From assembly GCA_009838635.1 (NCBI GenBank), contig VXRE01000049.1:13349-77348 (forward strand): DNA of 64,000 bases, read 5' to 3'. Position 1 is the stretch's first letter, and each line of letters opens with the position of its first letter. A model generated the notes under the pieces. The model had not been told where the DNA came from. It ran no database searches and worked only from the letters and a program-made list of their open reading frames with translations. Both the position numbers and the translations under genes were made by a program. This DNA comes from Acidimicrobiia bacterium. Lineage in GTDB: Bacteria; Actinomycetota; Acidimicrobiia; Spongiisociales; Spongiisociaceae. Positions 19,456 through 27,549 of this stretch are shown piece by piece.

Positions 19456-21627
19456 ATGTACCGGATAGCAGTCGACGTAGGTGGTACGTTCACCGACTGC
19501 CTCGTCCTAGACGAACAGACCGGTGACCTGCGTCAGTTCAAGTCACCCACCACCCCGCCCGATCCGTCGATCGGGTGTATTGACGCTCTCGCCAAGGCGG
19601 CGACCGCGTACGGGCTGGCGCTCCCGGCCTTTCTGGAAAGGGTGACACTCCTCATCCACGGGACCACCCTTGCCACCAACACCCTCATAAACGAGGACGG
19701 CGCCAGAACCGGAATGATCACCACCAGGCACTTCCGGGACATGCTGGAAATACGCCGTGGCTACAAGAACGTGCGGACCTCCATGTACAACGTGTTCGTG
19801 CCGCCATACAAGCCCCTGATACCGCGCCGGCTGCGGCTCGAAGCGGAGGAACGGGTGCTGTACACGGGAGAGGTCCACAAGCCGCTCAACGAGGACGAGG
19901 TACGGGAAGCGGCCCGCCAACTCGGCCGCGAGGGCATCGAGTCGGTCGCGATCGGCTTCCTCCACGCCTACGCCAACACCGCCCACGAGCGACGGGCCGC
20001 CGAGATCGTGGAGGAGGAGTTGGGTGAAGACGTGTACGTGACCACCTCCTCCCAGATACTGCCCGTGTGGAGGGAGTGGGAGCGGTTCTCCACGATGGCC
20101 GTATCCGCATACACCGGCCCCGCCGTGAAGCGCTACCTGCTGGCTCTCGAGGACCGGCTCGCCGAGAACGGCTTCGCCGGAAGCCTGATGATGATGCTCT
20201 CGGATGGACTCGTCGAGACGGTCGAGAACTGCATCCCCCGCGCTGTCTACCTCATCGGATCCGGTCCGGCCGCAGCCCCCGCCGCCGCCGTGCACCTCGG
20301 CTCCGAGACCGGCCACAAGAACCTGCTCAGCTTCGACATGGGGGGAACCTCCATCGACATAGGGGTCGTGATGAGGGGAGAGATACCGACCACGACCGAG
20401 GGATGGGTACAGGACGAGCGGGTGGCCATCAAGATGGTTGACATCGTCTCGGCCGGAGCCGGCGGCGGGTCGATTGCCTGGGTCGATTCGCTGGGCCTGC
20501 TCAGGGTGGGGCCGAACTCGGCCGGAGGCGATCCGGGGCCGGCCTGTTACGCGAAGGGCGGGACGGCGCCGACCGTCACCGACGCCGACCTGGTGCTCGG
20601 CTACATCGACCCGGACTTCTTCCTGGGAGGCGAGATCCCGCTCGATCCGGGACTGGCCGTAAGCGCCATCGTCGACAAGGTAGCCGACCCTCTGGGCATG
20701 ACCGTCGAGCAGGCCGCCGAGGCGATCATGACCGCGGTCAGCTCCTTCACCGCGGACGAGATCAACGAGATGGCGACCCGGCGAGGGATCGACGTCCGGG
20801 ACCTGACCCTGGTGGCCGGGGGCGGGGCCGGACCGGCGCACGCGGCGTTCATCGCCGACATATTGGGGCTCCCGCACGTGATCGTGCCGTCGGTGGCATC
20901 GACCTATTCGGCGTTCGGGATGTTCGCGATGGACGTGGGCCGTAACTACGCCCGCTCCTACATAACCCGATTCGCCGACCTCGACACCGACCGGGTGCAG
21001 GCCCTCTACGAGGAGATGGAGCAGGAAGCCATCACCGGCTTCGGGGAGATGGGGTACCGGGCCGAGGACGTGAGCTTCGCCCGCACCGCCGATCTCCGCT
21101 ACATAGGGCAGTTCCACGAGGTGGAGGTGGAGATGCCGTTGGATCCCGGCCAGGACCTTTCCGAGACAGCCGAGAAGACCTTCCGGGCGAGCGTCTTCCG
21201 GGACGCAGGCGGGATGCAGATGCTGGACGCGGTCGAGGAGGCCATCGACAACTTCCACGCCAAGCACTACGACCTGTACACGTTCAACATGCCATGGCAG
21301 GGGGTCGAGTTGCTGACCTTCCGGCTCCGGGCCACCGTACCGAAGGCACCCTTCGAGCTCCACCGGATCCCGGAGGGCGGTCCCGATCCGTCGGCCGCGC
21401 TCAAGTCGCATCGTGACTGCTGGTTCGGGGGCGAGCGGGTGCCCACCCCCATCTTCGACGGCGGCCGGCTGAAGGCCGGCAATCAAGTCGTGGGTCCGGC
21501 CATCATCGAGGAGCCGACCACCACGGTGGTGGTGCCCGGATCGTTCACGGCCACGGTCGACGCCCAGCGCAGCTACCACCTGAACCGCGACGGAGCGGTC
21601 GGAGAACCCACGGGAGGTACGACATGA
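19456..21627 (+). CDS. hyuA: Hydantoinase/oxoprolinase family A subunit (ATP-dependent N-methylhydantoinase A / acetone-carboxylase beta-like)
   Basis: MYRIAVDVGGTFTDCLV...IHGTTLATN is the canonical HyuA N-terminus. Length is 723 aa. Confidence 0.85.
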   Translation: MYRIAVDVGGTFTDCLVLDEQTGDLRQFKSPTTPPDPSIGCIDALAKAATAYGLALPAFLERVTLLIHGTTLATNTLINEDGARTGMITTRHFRDMLEIRRGYKNVRTSMYNVFVPPYKPLIPRRLRLEAEERVLYTGEVHKPLNEDEVREAARQLGREGIESVAIGFLHAYANTAHERRAAEIVEEELGEDVYVTTSSQILPVWREWERFSTMAVSAYTGPAVKRYLLALEDRLAENGFAGSLMMMLSDGLVETVENCIPRAVYLIGSGPAAAPAAAVHLGSETGHKNLLSFDMGGTSIDIGVVMRGEIPTTTEGWVQDERVAIKMVDIVSAGAGGGSIAWVDSLGLLRVGPNSAGGDPGPACYAKGGTAPTVTDADLVLGYIDPDFFLGGEIPLDPGLAVSAIVDKVADPLGMTVEQAAEAIMTAVSSFTADEINEMATRRGIDVRDLTLVAGGGAGPAHAAFIADILGLPHVIVPSVASTYSAFGMFAMDVGRNYARSYITRFADLDTDRVQALYEEMEQEAITGFGEMGYRAEDVSFARTADLRYIGQFHEVEVEMPLDPGQDLSETAEKTFRASVFRDAGGMQMLDAVEEAIDNFHAKHYDLYTFNMPWQGVELLTFRLRATVPKAPFELHRIPEGGPDPSAALKSHRDCWFGGERVPTPIFDGGRLKAGNQVVGPAIIEEPTTTVVVPGSFTATVDAQRSYHLNRDGAVGEPTGGTT

Positions 21628-23393
21628 GACCCGGCCCCGTCGACCCGATCACCCTCTCAACCATCTGGAACTCGTTCCAGAGCATGGGCCGCGAGATGCG
21701 CTACGTCATCGACCGCACCGCGCAGAACTACCTGATCGCCCAGCTCCACGACATGGCGGCCGGTATCTGGGACGCGCAGGCCCGCACCATCGCGGTTCCC
21801 GAAGGACCCACGTCCATGTTCCTGTCGCAGCAGTTCTCGGTGGAGTACATCCTCGACAAGTTCGGCGACGACCTGCATCCGGGCGATGTGATCATCTGCA
21901 ACGACCCCTACAAGGGGTACTGCAACCACCTCCCGGACTGGGGTTTCTTCAGGCCGATCTTCTACGAGGACGAGTTGGTGTTCGTCGCCCTGACCCGGGG
22001 CCACCAGATGGACACGGGAGGATCGTTCCCCGGTGGCTACTTCCCCAACGGCTACGACATACACGCCGAAGGGTTGATGATCCCCCCCACCAAGATCTAC
22101 GACCGGGGCCGGGAGCGCACCGACGTGCTGGAGCTCATCTGGAACAACGTCCGGTGGCCCGACGGGGTCAAGATCGACAACTACGCGCTGATGGCGGCGC
22201 TGCAGGTGTGCGACAACCGGATCGTCACCCTGCTCGACAAGTACGGCGTCCCGACGGTCAAGGATGCGGTGGAGGAGATGCTGGACCGGATGGAGGCCAA
22301 CGTGCGGGCCCAGCTCGCGGAGGTCCCGGACGGGACCTACTACGGCGAGTCGGCCACCGACGACGACGGCACGGTTCTCGACGAACTGGTGTGGGTGCGC
22401 TGCGCGGCCACCATCAAGGGCGACGAGCTGATCCTGGACTTCTCCGAGAGCGACGCCCAGCGGAAGGGGTTCGTGAACTGCGTCTACTCGTCCACCTACA
22501 GCCGGGCCGTGGCGGGCAGCTTCCTCTACTTCGACCCCGCCTACTCGGAGTTCCACAACGAGGGCAGCATGCGACCCATCACCGTGGTCGCCCCGGAGGG
22601 CTCCGTCTGCAACGCCCAGTACCCGGCGACGGTGGGTGGATCCCCGGTGAACGTGGGGACCCAGGTGCTGGAGGCGACGGTCAACGCCCTGTCTAAGGCC
22701 ATGCCGGACAAGGCCATCGCCGGATGGGGCCGCCGGAGGGGCCACTACATCGCAGGCGTCGATCCCCGCACCGGTGAGCGCTACGTGCAGACCACCACCG
22801 ATGCCGACGGTGGCTCGGGAGCGGTGTGGGGCTACGACGGGTTCGAGGGCGCCATGGGTATGTCCGGCCTCGGCTCGATCCAACGCGGCAGCGTGGAGGA
22901 GATCGAGATCCGCTTCCCCTGGCGAGCGGTGCGCTACCACTACGTCCCGGACATGTCGGGGGCCGGCCGCTGGCGGGGCGGGTCGGGAATGCTCTGGGAA
23001 GTGGAGAACGTCGGTGGGGACGTAGGGGTGGCAACCGGCAGTTCGGACGGCGACCTGACCCAGCCGCCGGGAGCGGTCGGGGGCGAGGACGGTCCCCTGT
23101 CGAGGATGTACGTGCGCCGGGGAGATGAGATCATCCCGGCCCGCACCCACCGCATGGTGCAGATCAAGAGCGGGGAGATCCTCGGGAAGGTCAGCGGCGG
23201 CGGAGGCGGAGTGGGTGATCCCACCGAGCGAGACCCCGACAAGGTGCTCGAGGACGTGCGCAACGAGTGGGTGACGCCCAGCCACGCGCGGAGCGTCTAC
23301 AAGGTGGCGATCGACACCGAGACCATGACCGTCGACCGGGACCAGACCCGGATGCTCCGAAGCTCCACAGGCGAGACCGAGACCGAGACCTAG
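21624..23393 (+). CDS. hyuB: Hydantoinase B/oxoprolinase family subunit
   Basis: MRPGPVDPITLSTIWNSFQS...NDPYKG... is the canonical HyuB signature. Length is 589 aa. Its start overlaps the hyuA stop (ATGA). Confidence 0.85.
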   Translation: MRPGPVDPITLSTIWNSFQSMGREMRYVIDRTAQNYLIAQLHDMAAGIWDAQARTIAVPEGPTSMFLSQQFSVEYILDKFGDDLHPGDVIICNDPYKGYCNHLPDWGFFRPIFYEDELVFVALTRGHQMDTGGSFPGGYFPNGYDIHAEGLMIPPTKIYDRGRERTDVLELIWNNVRWPDGVKIDNYALMAALQVCDNRIVTLLDKYGVPTVKDAVEEMLDRMEANVRAQLAEVPDGTYYGESATDDDGTVLDELVWVRCAATIKGDELILDFSESDAQRKGFVNCVYSSTYSRAVAGSFLYFDPAYSEFHNEGSMRPITVVAPEGSVCNAQYPATVGGSPVNVGTQVLEATVNALSKAMPDKAIAGWGRRRGHYIAGVDPRTGERYVQTTTDADGGSGAVWGYDGFEGAMGMSGLGSIQRGSVEEIEIRFPWRAVRYHYVPDMSGAGRWRGGSGMLWEVENVGGDVGVATGSSDGDLTQPPGAVGGEDGPLSRMYVRRGDEIIPARTHRMVQIKSGEILGKVSGGGGGVGDPTERDPDKVLEDVRNEWVTPSHARSVYKVAIDTETMTVDRDQTRMLRSSTGETETET

Positions 23394-23398
23394 CCAGC

Positions 23399-24358
23399 AT
23401 GACCCGAACCCGCCCGTTGACGGATCTGGAGATCCTGGCACGGATGTGGCTGATCAGGGCGTTCGAAGAGAAGGTGTCGGAACTGTACGCCGCCGGCAAG
23501 GTGGCCGGTCTGATCCACCTGGGGATCGGACAGGAGGGATCGGCGGTCGGTACCTGCGCCGCCCTCGGCCGGAGCGACTACGTCTTTGGCACCCACCGCT
23601 CCCACGCCCACGCCATCGCCAAGGGCGCCGACCTCCGCCGGTTGATGGCCGAGATCGCCGGGCGGTCCACGGGCTATTGCAAGGGGAAGGGCGGGTCCAT
23701 GCATATCTCGGCGCCCGAGGTTGGCTTCGTGACCGCCACGGGGGTGGTGGCCGGGAACATCCCCCTGGCGCTGGGCGCCGCCCTGACCAGCGTCACGCGC
23801 AACGAGGACCGGGTATCCGTGGCCTTCTTCGGCGACGGGGCCGGCCAGAGTGGTCCCTTCCACGAGAGCCTCAACATGGCCGCGCTGTGGAAGCTGCCGG
23901 TGGTACTGGTGTGCGAGAACAACGGGTACGTCGAGTTCTCTCCCCTGTCCGCCCACACGGTGGTGGAGCGCCTGGCCGACTACGCATCCGTCTACTCGAT
24001 CCCGGCCGTCACCGTGGACGGTGGTGACGTCCTGGCGGTCAGGGACGCCGTGACGGAGGCCGTGGACCGCGCCCGGGGCGGGGGCGGACCCTCCTTCGTG
24101 GAGGTGCTCACCCACCGCCTCCGGGGTCATTACGAAGGAGACCCGGCCCGCTACCGGACGCTGTCCGAGCGGGAGGAGTGGAAGCGGAAGGACCCGGTCG
24201 CCCGCTTCGCCAGGCATCTGGCCGAGTCGGGGGTTCCGCCGGAGTCGCTGGATGACGTCGAGGCCGCGGCCCGGACCCGGGTTGCCGTAGCGGCCGAGCA
24301 GGCCCTGGCGGATCCCCCCGCCGACCCGGCGGGCGTGACCGGCGACGTGTACGTGTGA
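23399..24358 (+). CDS. TPP-dependent 2-oxoacid/acetoin dehydrogenase E1 component alpha subunit (copy 1)
   Basis: The TPP motif FFGDGAGQSG...ESLNMAALWKLPVVLVCENNGY is present. The start is set at MTRTRP immediately after the hyuB stop, and the ORF-track N-terminal extension is rejected. Confidence 0.8.
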   Translation: MTRTRPLTDLEILARMWLIRAFEEKVSELYAAGKVAGLIHLGIGQEGSAVGTCAALGRSDYVFGTHRSHAHAIAKGADLRRLMAEIAGRSTGYCKGKGGSMHISAPEVGFVTATGVVAGNIPLALGAALTSVTRNEDRVSVAFFGDGAGQSGPFHESLNMAALWKLPVVLVCENNGYVEFSPLSAHTVVERLADYASVYSIPAVTVDGGDVLAVRDAVTEAVDRARGGGGPSFVEVLTHRLRGHYEGDPARYRTLSEREEWKRKDPVARFARHLAESGVPPESLDDVEAAARTRVAVAAEQALADPPADPAGVTGDVYV

Positions 24359-25365
24359 TGGCAGCCCGTATCCGGTACATCGAGGCTGTGCGGCAGGGGT
24401 TGCAGTCCTCCATGCGTTCCGACCCCTCGGTCATCGTGCTGGGTGAGGACGTGCGGTACGGCGGCCCCTTCGGCGCCACCAAGGGCTTGGCGGACGAGTT
24501 CGGGAAGGGCCGCATCCTCGACACCCCGATCAGCGAGGCCACCGTGATGGGCATGGCCACCGGGGCGGCGGCAACCGGCCTGCGCCCGATCGTCGAGATC
24601 ATGTTCGTCGACTTCGCCACCCTGGCGATGGACCAGCTGGTCAACCACGCCGCCAAGCTGGGCTTCATGACCGGCGGCCTTCTGCGAGTGCCGCTTACGG
24701 TACGGGTCCAGGGCGGCGTGAGCGGGCGGTTCGGCGCCCACCATTCCCAGAGCCTCGAAGCCTGGTTCCTGCACACGCCGGGCCTCAAGGTGGTGGCGCC
24801 CGCCTTTCCGGGCGATGCCGCCAGGCTGCTCGAGGTCGCCATCGCCGACGACAACCCGGTGGTGTACATGGAGCACCGGGGTCTGTACTGGACGAAGGGC
24901 GAGGTCACGGGGAACGAGCCGGCGTCGGGATCCGTAGTGCGGCGGCGCGGCGACCATGTGACGATCGTCTCCTACTCGAGGATGGTCCACCACGCGCTGG
25001 CCGCGGCCGATACCCTGGCAGCGGACGGCATCGGATGCGAGGTGATCGACCTCCGCTGGCTGGCTCCACTCGATCTGGAACCGGCTGTGGCCTCATTGCG
25101 CCGGACGGGTAGGGCGGTGGTAGCTCACGAGGCCGTCACTACCGGCGGGGTGGGCGCCGAGGTGGTGGCCCGGCTCCAAGCCGCCCGCGGTATCCGCACC
25201 AGGGCTCCGATAGCCCGGGTGGGGGCGCCGTTCGCCCCGGTGGGCGCCGCACCGGAGTTGGAGGACGCGTTCGTTCCCGGTTCCGGAGACATCGTGGGGG
25301 CGGTGCGAGGCCTGCTCGGCGAGGCCCCGCCCCGGACCGATGGACAGAAGGGAGGAAGAACGTGA
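24355..25365 (+). CDS. E1 component beta subunit (transketolase-like, copy 1)
   Basis: It has VIVLGEDV...GGPFGATKGL..DTPISEA, the typical E1-beta fold. Its start overlaps the alpha stop. Confidence 0.8.
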   Translation: MMAARIRYIEAVRQGLQSSMRSDPSVIVLGEDVRYGGPFGATKGLADEFGKGRILDTPISEATVMGMATGAAATGLRPIVEIMFVDFATLAMDQLVNHAAKLGFMTGGLLRVPLTVRVQGGVSGRFGAHHSQSLEAWFLHTPGLKVVAPAFPGDAARLLEVAIADDNPVVYMEHRGLYWTKGEVTGNEPASGSVVRRRGDHVTIVSYSRMVHHALAAADTLAADGIGCEVIDLRWLAPLDLEPAVASLRRTGRAVVAHEAVTTGGVGAEVVARLQAARGIRTRAPIARVGAPFAPVGAAPELEDAFVPGSGDIVGAVRGLLGEAPPRTDGQKGGRT

Positions 25366-26381
25366 TCCCCGACCTACCGGCCGATCGCCTCACCGACTAC
25401 CTGCGCCGGATGCTGGTCATCCGCCGCTTCGAGGAGGGGCTGATAGAGCTGGCCGGCGAGTACGCCGTCGGCCACTTCCACGTGTATATCGGCCAGGAGG
25501 CCACCGGCGTGCCGGCCCTGGCGCAGCTCGAGCCGGGAGACGTGGGCTTCACCACCCACCGGAACCACGGCCACCTGCTGGCCAGGGGCACCGACCCGGC
25601 CGCCATGTTCGCCGAGATCCTCGGCAAGGAGACGGGGACCAACCGCGGCAAGGGGGGCACCCTCCACATCGCCTCGCTCGAGAACGGCTTCCCGACCACG
25701 TCGGCGGCCACCGGGGGCTGCACACCCCTCGCGACCGGGGCCGCGTTCGCCTTCTCCCGGCTCGGGAGGGATCGGGTGTCCGTATGCCTGTTCGGTGACG
25801 GAGCCCTGGAGGAGGGCACCTTCCACGAGTCGATCAACATCGCCGCCCTAGAGAGCCTCCCCGTCATCTACCTGTGCGAGAACAACAGCCTGGAGGCGCT
25901 CGGTCAGAAGGCCAACGAGTACCCGTCCTCCACGATGGCGGCGGCGCCGCTCACCGACCTGGCCGCCGCCTTCAAGGTGCCCACGATCACGGTGGACGGC
26001 ACCGACACCGGAGCGGTCCACGATGCGATGGCGACCGCCGTCGGGCGAGCCCGCGGCGGCGGTGGCCCCACCTTCATCGAAGCGCTCACGGTCCGGTGGC
26101 CGGGAAGCCGGCCGATCTGGCCACAACTCCTCACCGGTCCGACCGATCTCTCCTACGCGTGGGACCCTTCGGCGATCCCGGCCGACTACGCGGTCTGGCA
26201 CGCCGAGCAGGATGGGCTGCTCCGCTACGTCCGGGAACTGCTCTCGGCCGGAGTGCTGACCCCCGACGAGGCGTTGGCAATGGACGAGCAGGTCAAGGAC
26301 CGGATCGAGCGCGGCGTCCGGTTCGCCCTCGACAGTCCTTACCCTCCCGTGGCCAGCGCCCTCGAGTCCGTCTACGCCTAG
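25362..26381 (+). CDS. E1 component alpha subunit (copy 2)
   Basis: A GTG start overlaps the beta-1 stop. The TPP motif LFGDGALEEGTFHESINIAALESLPVIYLCENN is present. Confidence 0.8.
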   Translation: MIPDLPADRLTDYLRRMLVIRRFEEGLIELAGEYAVGHFHVYIGQEATGVPALAQLEPGDVGFTTHRNHGHLLARGTDPAAMFAEILGKETGTNRGKGGTLHIASLENGFPTTSAATGGCTPLATGAAFAFSRLGRDRVSVCLFGDGALEEGTFHESINIAALESLPVIYLCENNSLEALGQKANEYPSSTMAAAPLTDLAAAFKVPTITVDGTDTGAVHDAMATAVGRARGGGGPTFIEALTVRWPGSRPIWPQLLTGPTDLSYAWDPSAIPADYAVWHAEQDGLLRYVRELLSAGVLTPDEALAMDEQVKDRIERGVRFALDSPYPPVASALESVYA

Positions 26382-26547
26382 TGGTCTGTCTGTGGAATGG
26401 CGGTGTGGTATGGCGTCGGCAGCGGTGTTCCTCGCAAGGCCCGCTGACGAAGGCGTACCCGCAGTGGTACGTTGAGGAAGCGGAACGCAGCGACGGGACA
26501 CCGATGACCGCCAGAACACACCAAGCTGTTTCGCAGATAGACCACTA
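26379..26547. repeat. 170-bp non-coding insert between the E1 alpha-2 and beta-2 genes, bounded by 14-bp inverted repeats (TAGTGGTCTGTCTG ... CAGATAGACCACTA). This may be a MITE-like or structured-RNA element.
   Basis: Read directly. The left repeat begins at the alpha-2 stop codon (26379). The right repeat ends 10 nt before the beta-2 ATG, and 13 of 14 positions are complementary. Confidence 0.5.
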
Positions 26548-26557
26548 GAGGGTGGAT

Positions 26558-27544
26558 ATGCGCGAGATGCTCTATGCCGAGGCGCTGGTCGAGTCGCTCC
26601 GCCACCAGATGGCGACCGACGAGCGGGTCCACCTCATGGGCCTCTACTTCCTGGGCCTCACCAAGCACCGGGCGATCATGGCCCGCCTGCATGCCGACTA
26701 CCCGGGCCGCGTCTACCACCCCCCGATCGCCGAGGTCGGGTACGTGGGCGTGGCCATAGGAGCAGCGCTGGCCGGGCTGAGGCCCATCGTGGACATGGCC
26801 ACCGCCAGCTTCATGTTCCAGGCCTTCCCCCAGATCGTCAACGAGGCGGCCAACATCCACTACATGTCGGGCGGCGCCACCAAGGTGCCGATGGTCTTCC
26901 ACTTCAACCACGGCATCCGCGGAGGAGGGGCGGCCCAACACTCGCACAGCCCGCAGGCGATGCTCTGGAACACCCCTGGGCTCGAAATCATGGCGCCCTC
27001 CACGCCTCGGGACGTGATGGGGCTGGTCAACACTGCCGCTGCGTCCGACAACCCGACCGCCTGGGTGGATCACGTCCGCCTGTTCGACACCAGTGGCCCG
27101 GTACCCGACGACAAGGATTTCTCCATTCCCTTCGGCGTCGCCGACGTCAAGCGGCAGGGCGGAGACGTCACCGTGTTCGCCTCGTCCTGGATGGTCGTGC
27201 GGGCCCTCGAGGCCGCCGAAACCCTGAGCGCGGAAGGGATCCAGGCGGAGGTAATCGATCCCCGCACGCTTTCGCCCCTGGACGAGGAGACGATCCTTGA
27301 ATCGGTGGCCAAGACCGGGCGCCTGGTCGTGGTGGACGAGTGCCACCGCCGGTGCGGCGTGGCCGCCGAGATCACCGCCGTGGTCACTGAACGTGCATTC
27401 GGCGACCTGGTGGCCGCTCCGATCCGGGTTACCACGGCCGACGTGCCCATCCCGTTCAGCCCGCCCCTCGAGCAGCACGTCGAGCCGACTACCGACAAGA
27501 TCGTCGCGGCCGTCCGGGCGGTAACGGACAGCGCCGCCGGGTAG
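26558..27544 (+). CDS. E1 component beta subunit (copy 2)
   Basis: It has E1-beta features (HLMGLYF.., PIVDMATASFMFQAF, C-terminal transketolase-C-like region). The start is at the ATG 5 nt after AGAGGG; an alternative GTG lies at 26552. Confidence 0.8.
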   Translation: MREMLYAEALVESLRHQMATDERVHLMGLYFLGLTKHRAIMARLHADYPGRVYHPPIAEVGYVGVAIGAALAGLRPIVDMATASFMFQAFPQIVNEAANIHYMSGGATKVPMVFHFNHGIRGGGAAQHSHSPQAMLWNTPGLEIMAPSTPRDVMGLVNTAAASDNPTAWVDHVRLFDTSGPVPDDKDFSIPFGVADVKRQGGDVTVFASSWMVVRALEAAETLSAEGIQAEVIDPRTLSPLDEETILESVAKTGRLVVVDECHRRCGVAAEITAVVTERAFGDLVAAPIRVTTADVPIPFSPPLEQHVEPTTDKIVAAVRAVTDSAAG

Positions 27545-27549
27545 ACAGA

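Noticed and set aside
23267-23398. N-terminal extensions in the ORF track for E1 alpha-1 (23267), amidase (44596), NMT1-like (46142), permease (38576 ORF, 600 aa), CoxL (51986 ORF, 954 aa), CoxM (54837 ORF, 564 aa) and hydantoinase (58094)
   Set aside because: The extensions are out-of-family low-complexity sequence that reads through upstream genes. Homology begins at internal starts placed right after the upstream stop codons, which is consistent with operon coupling.
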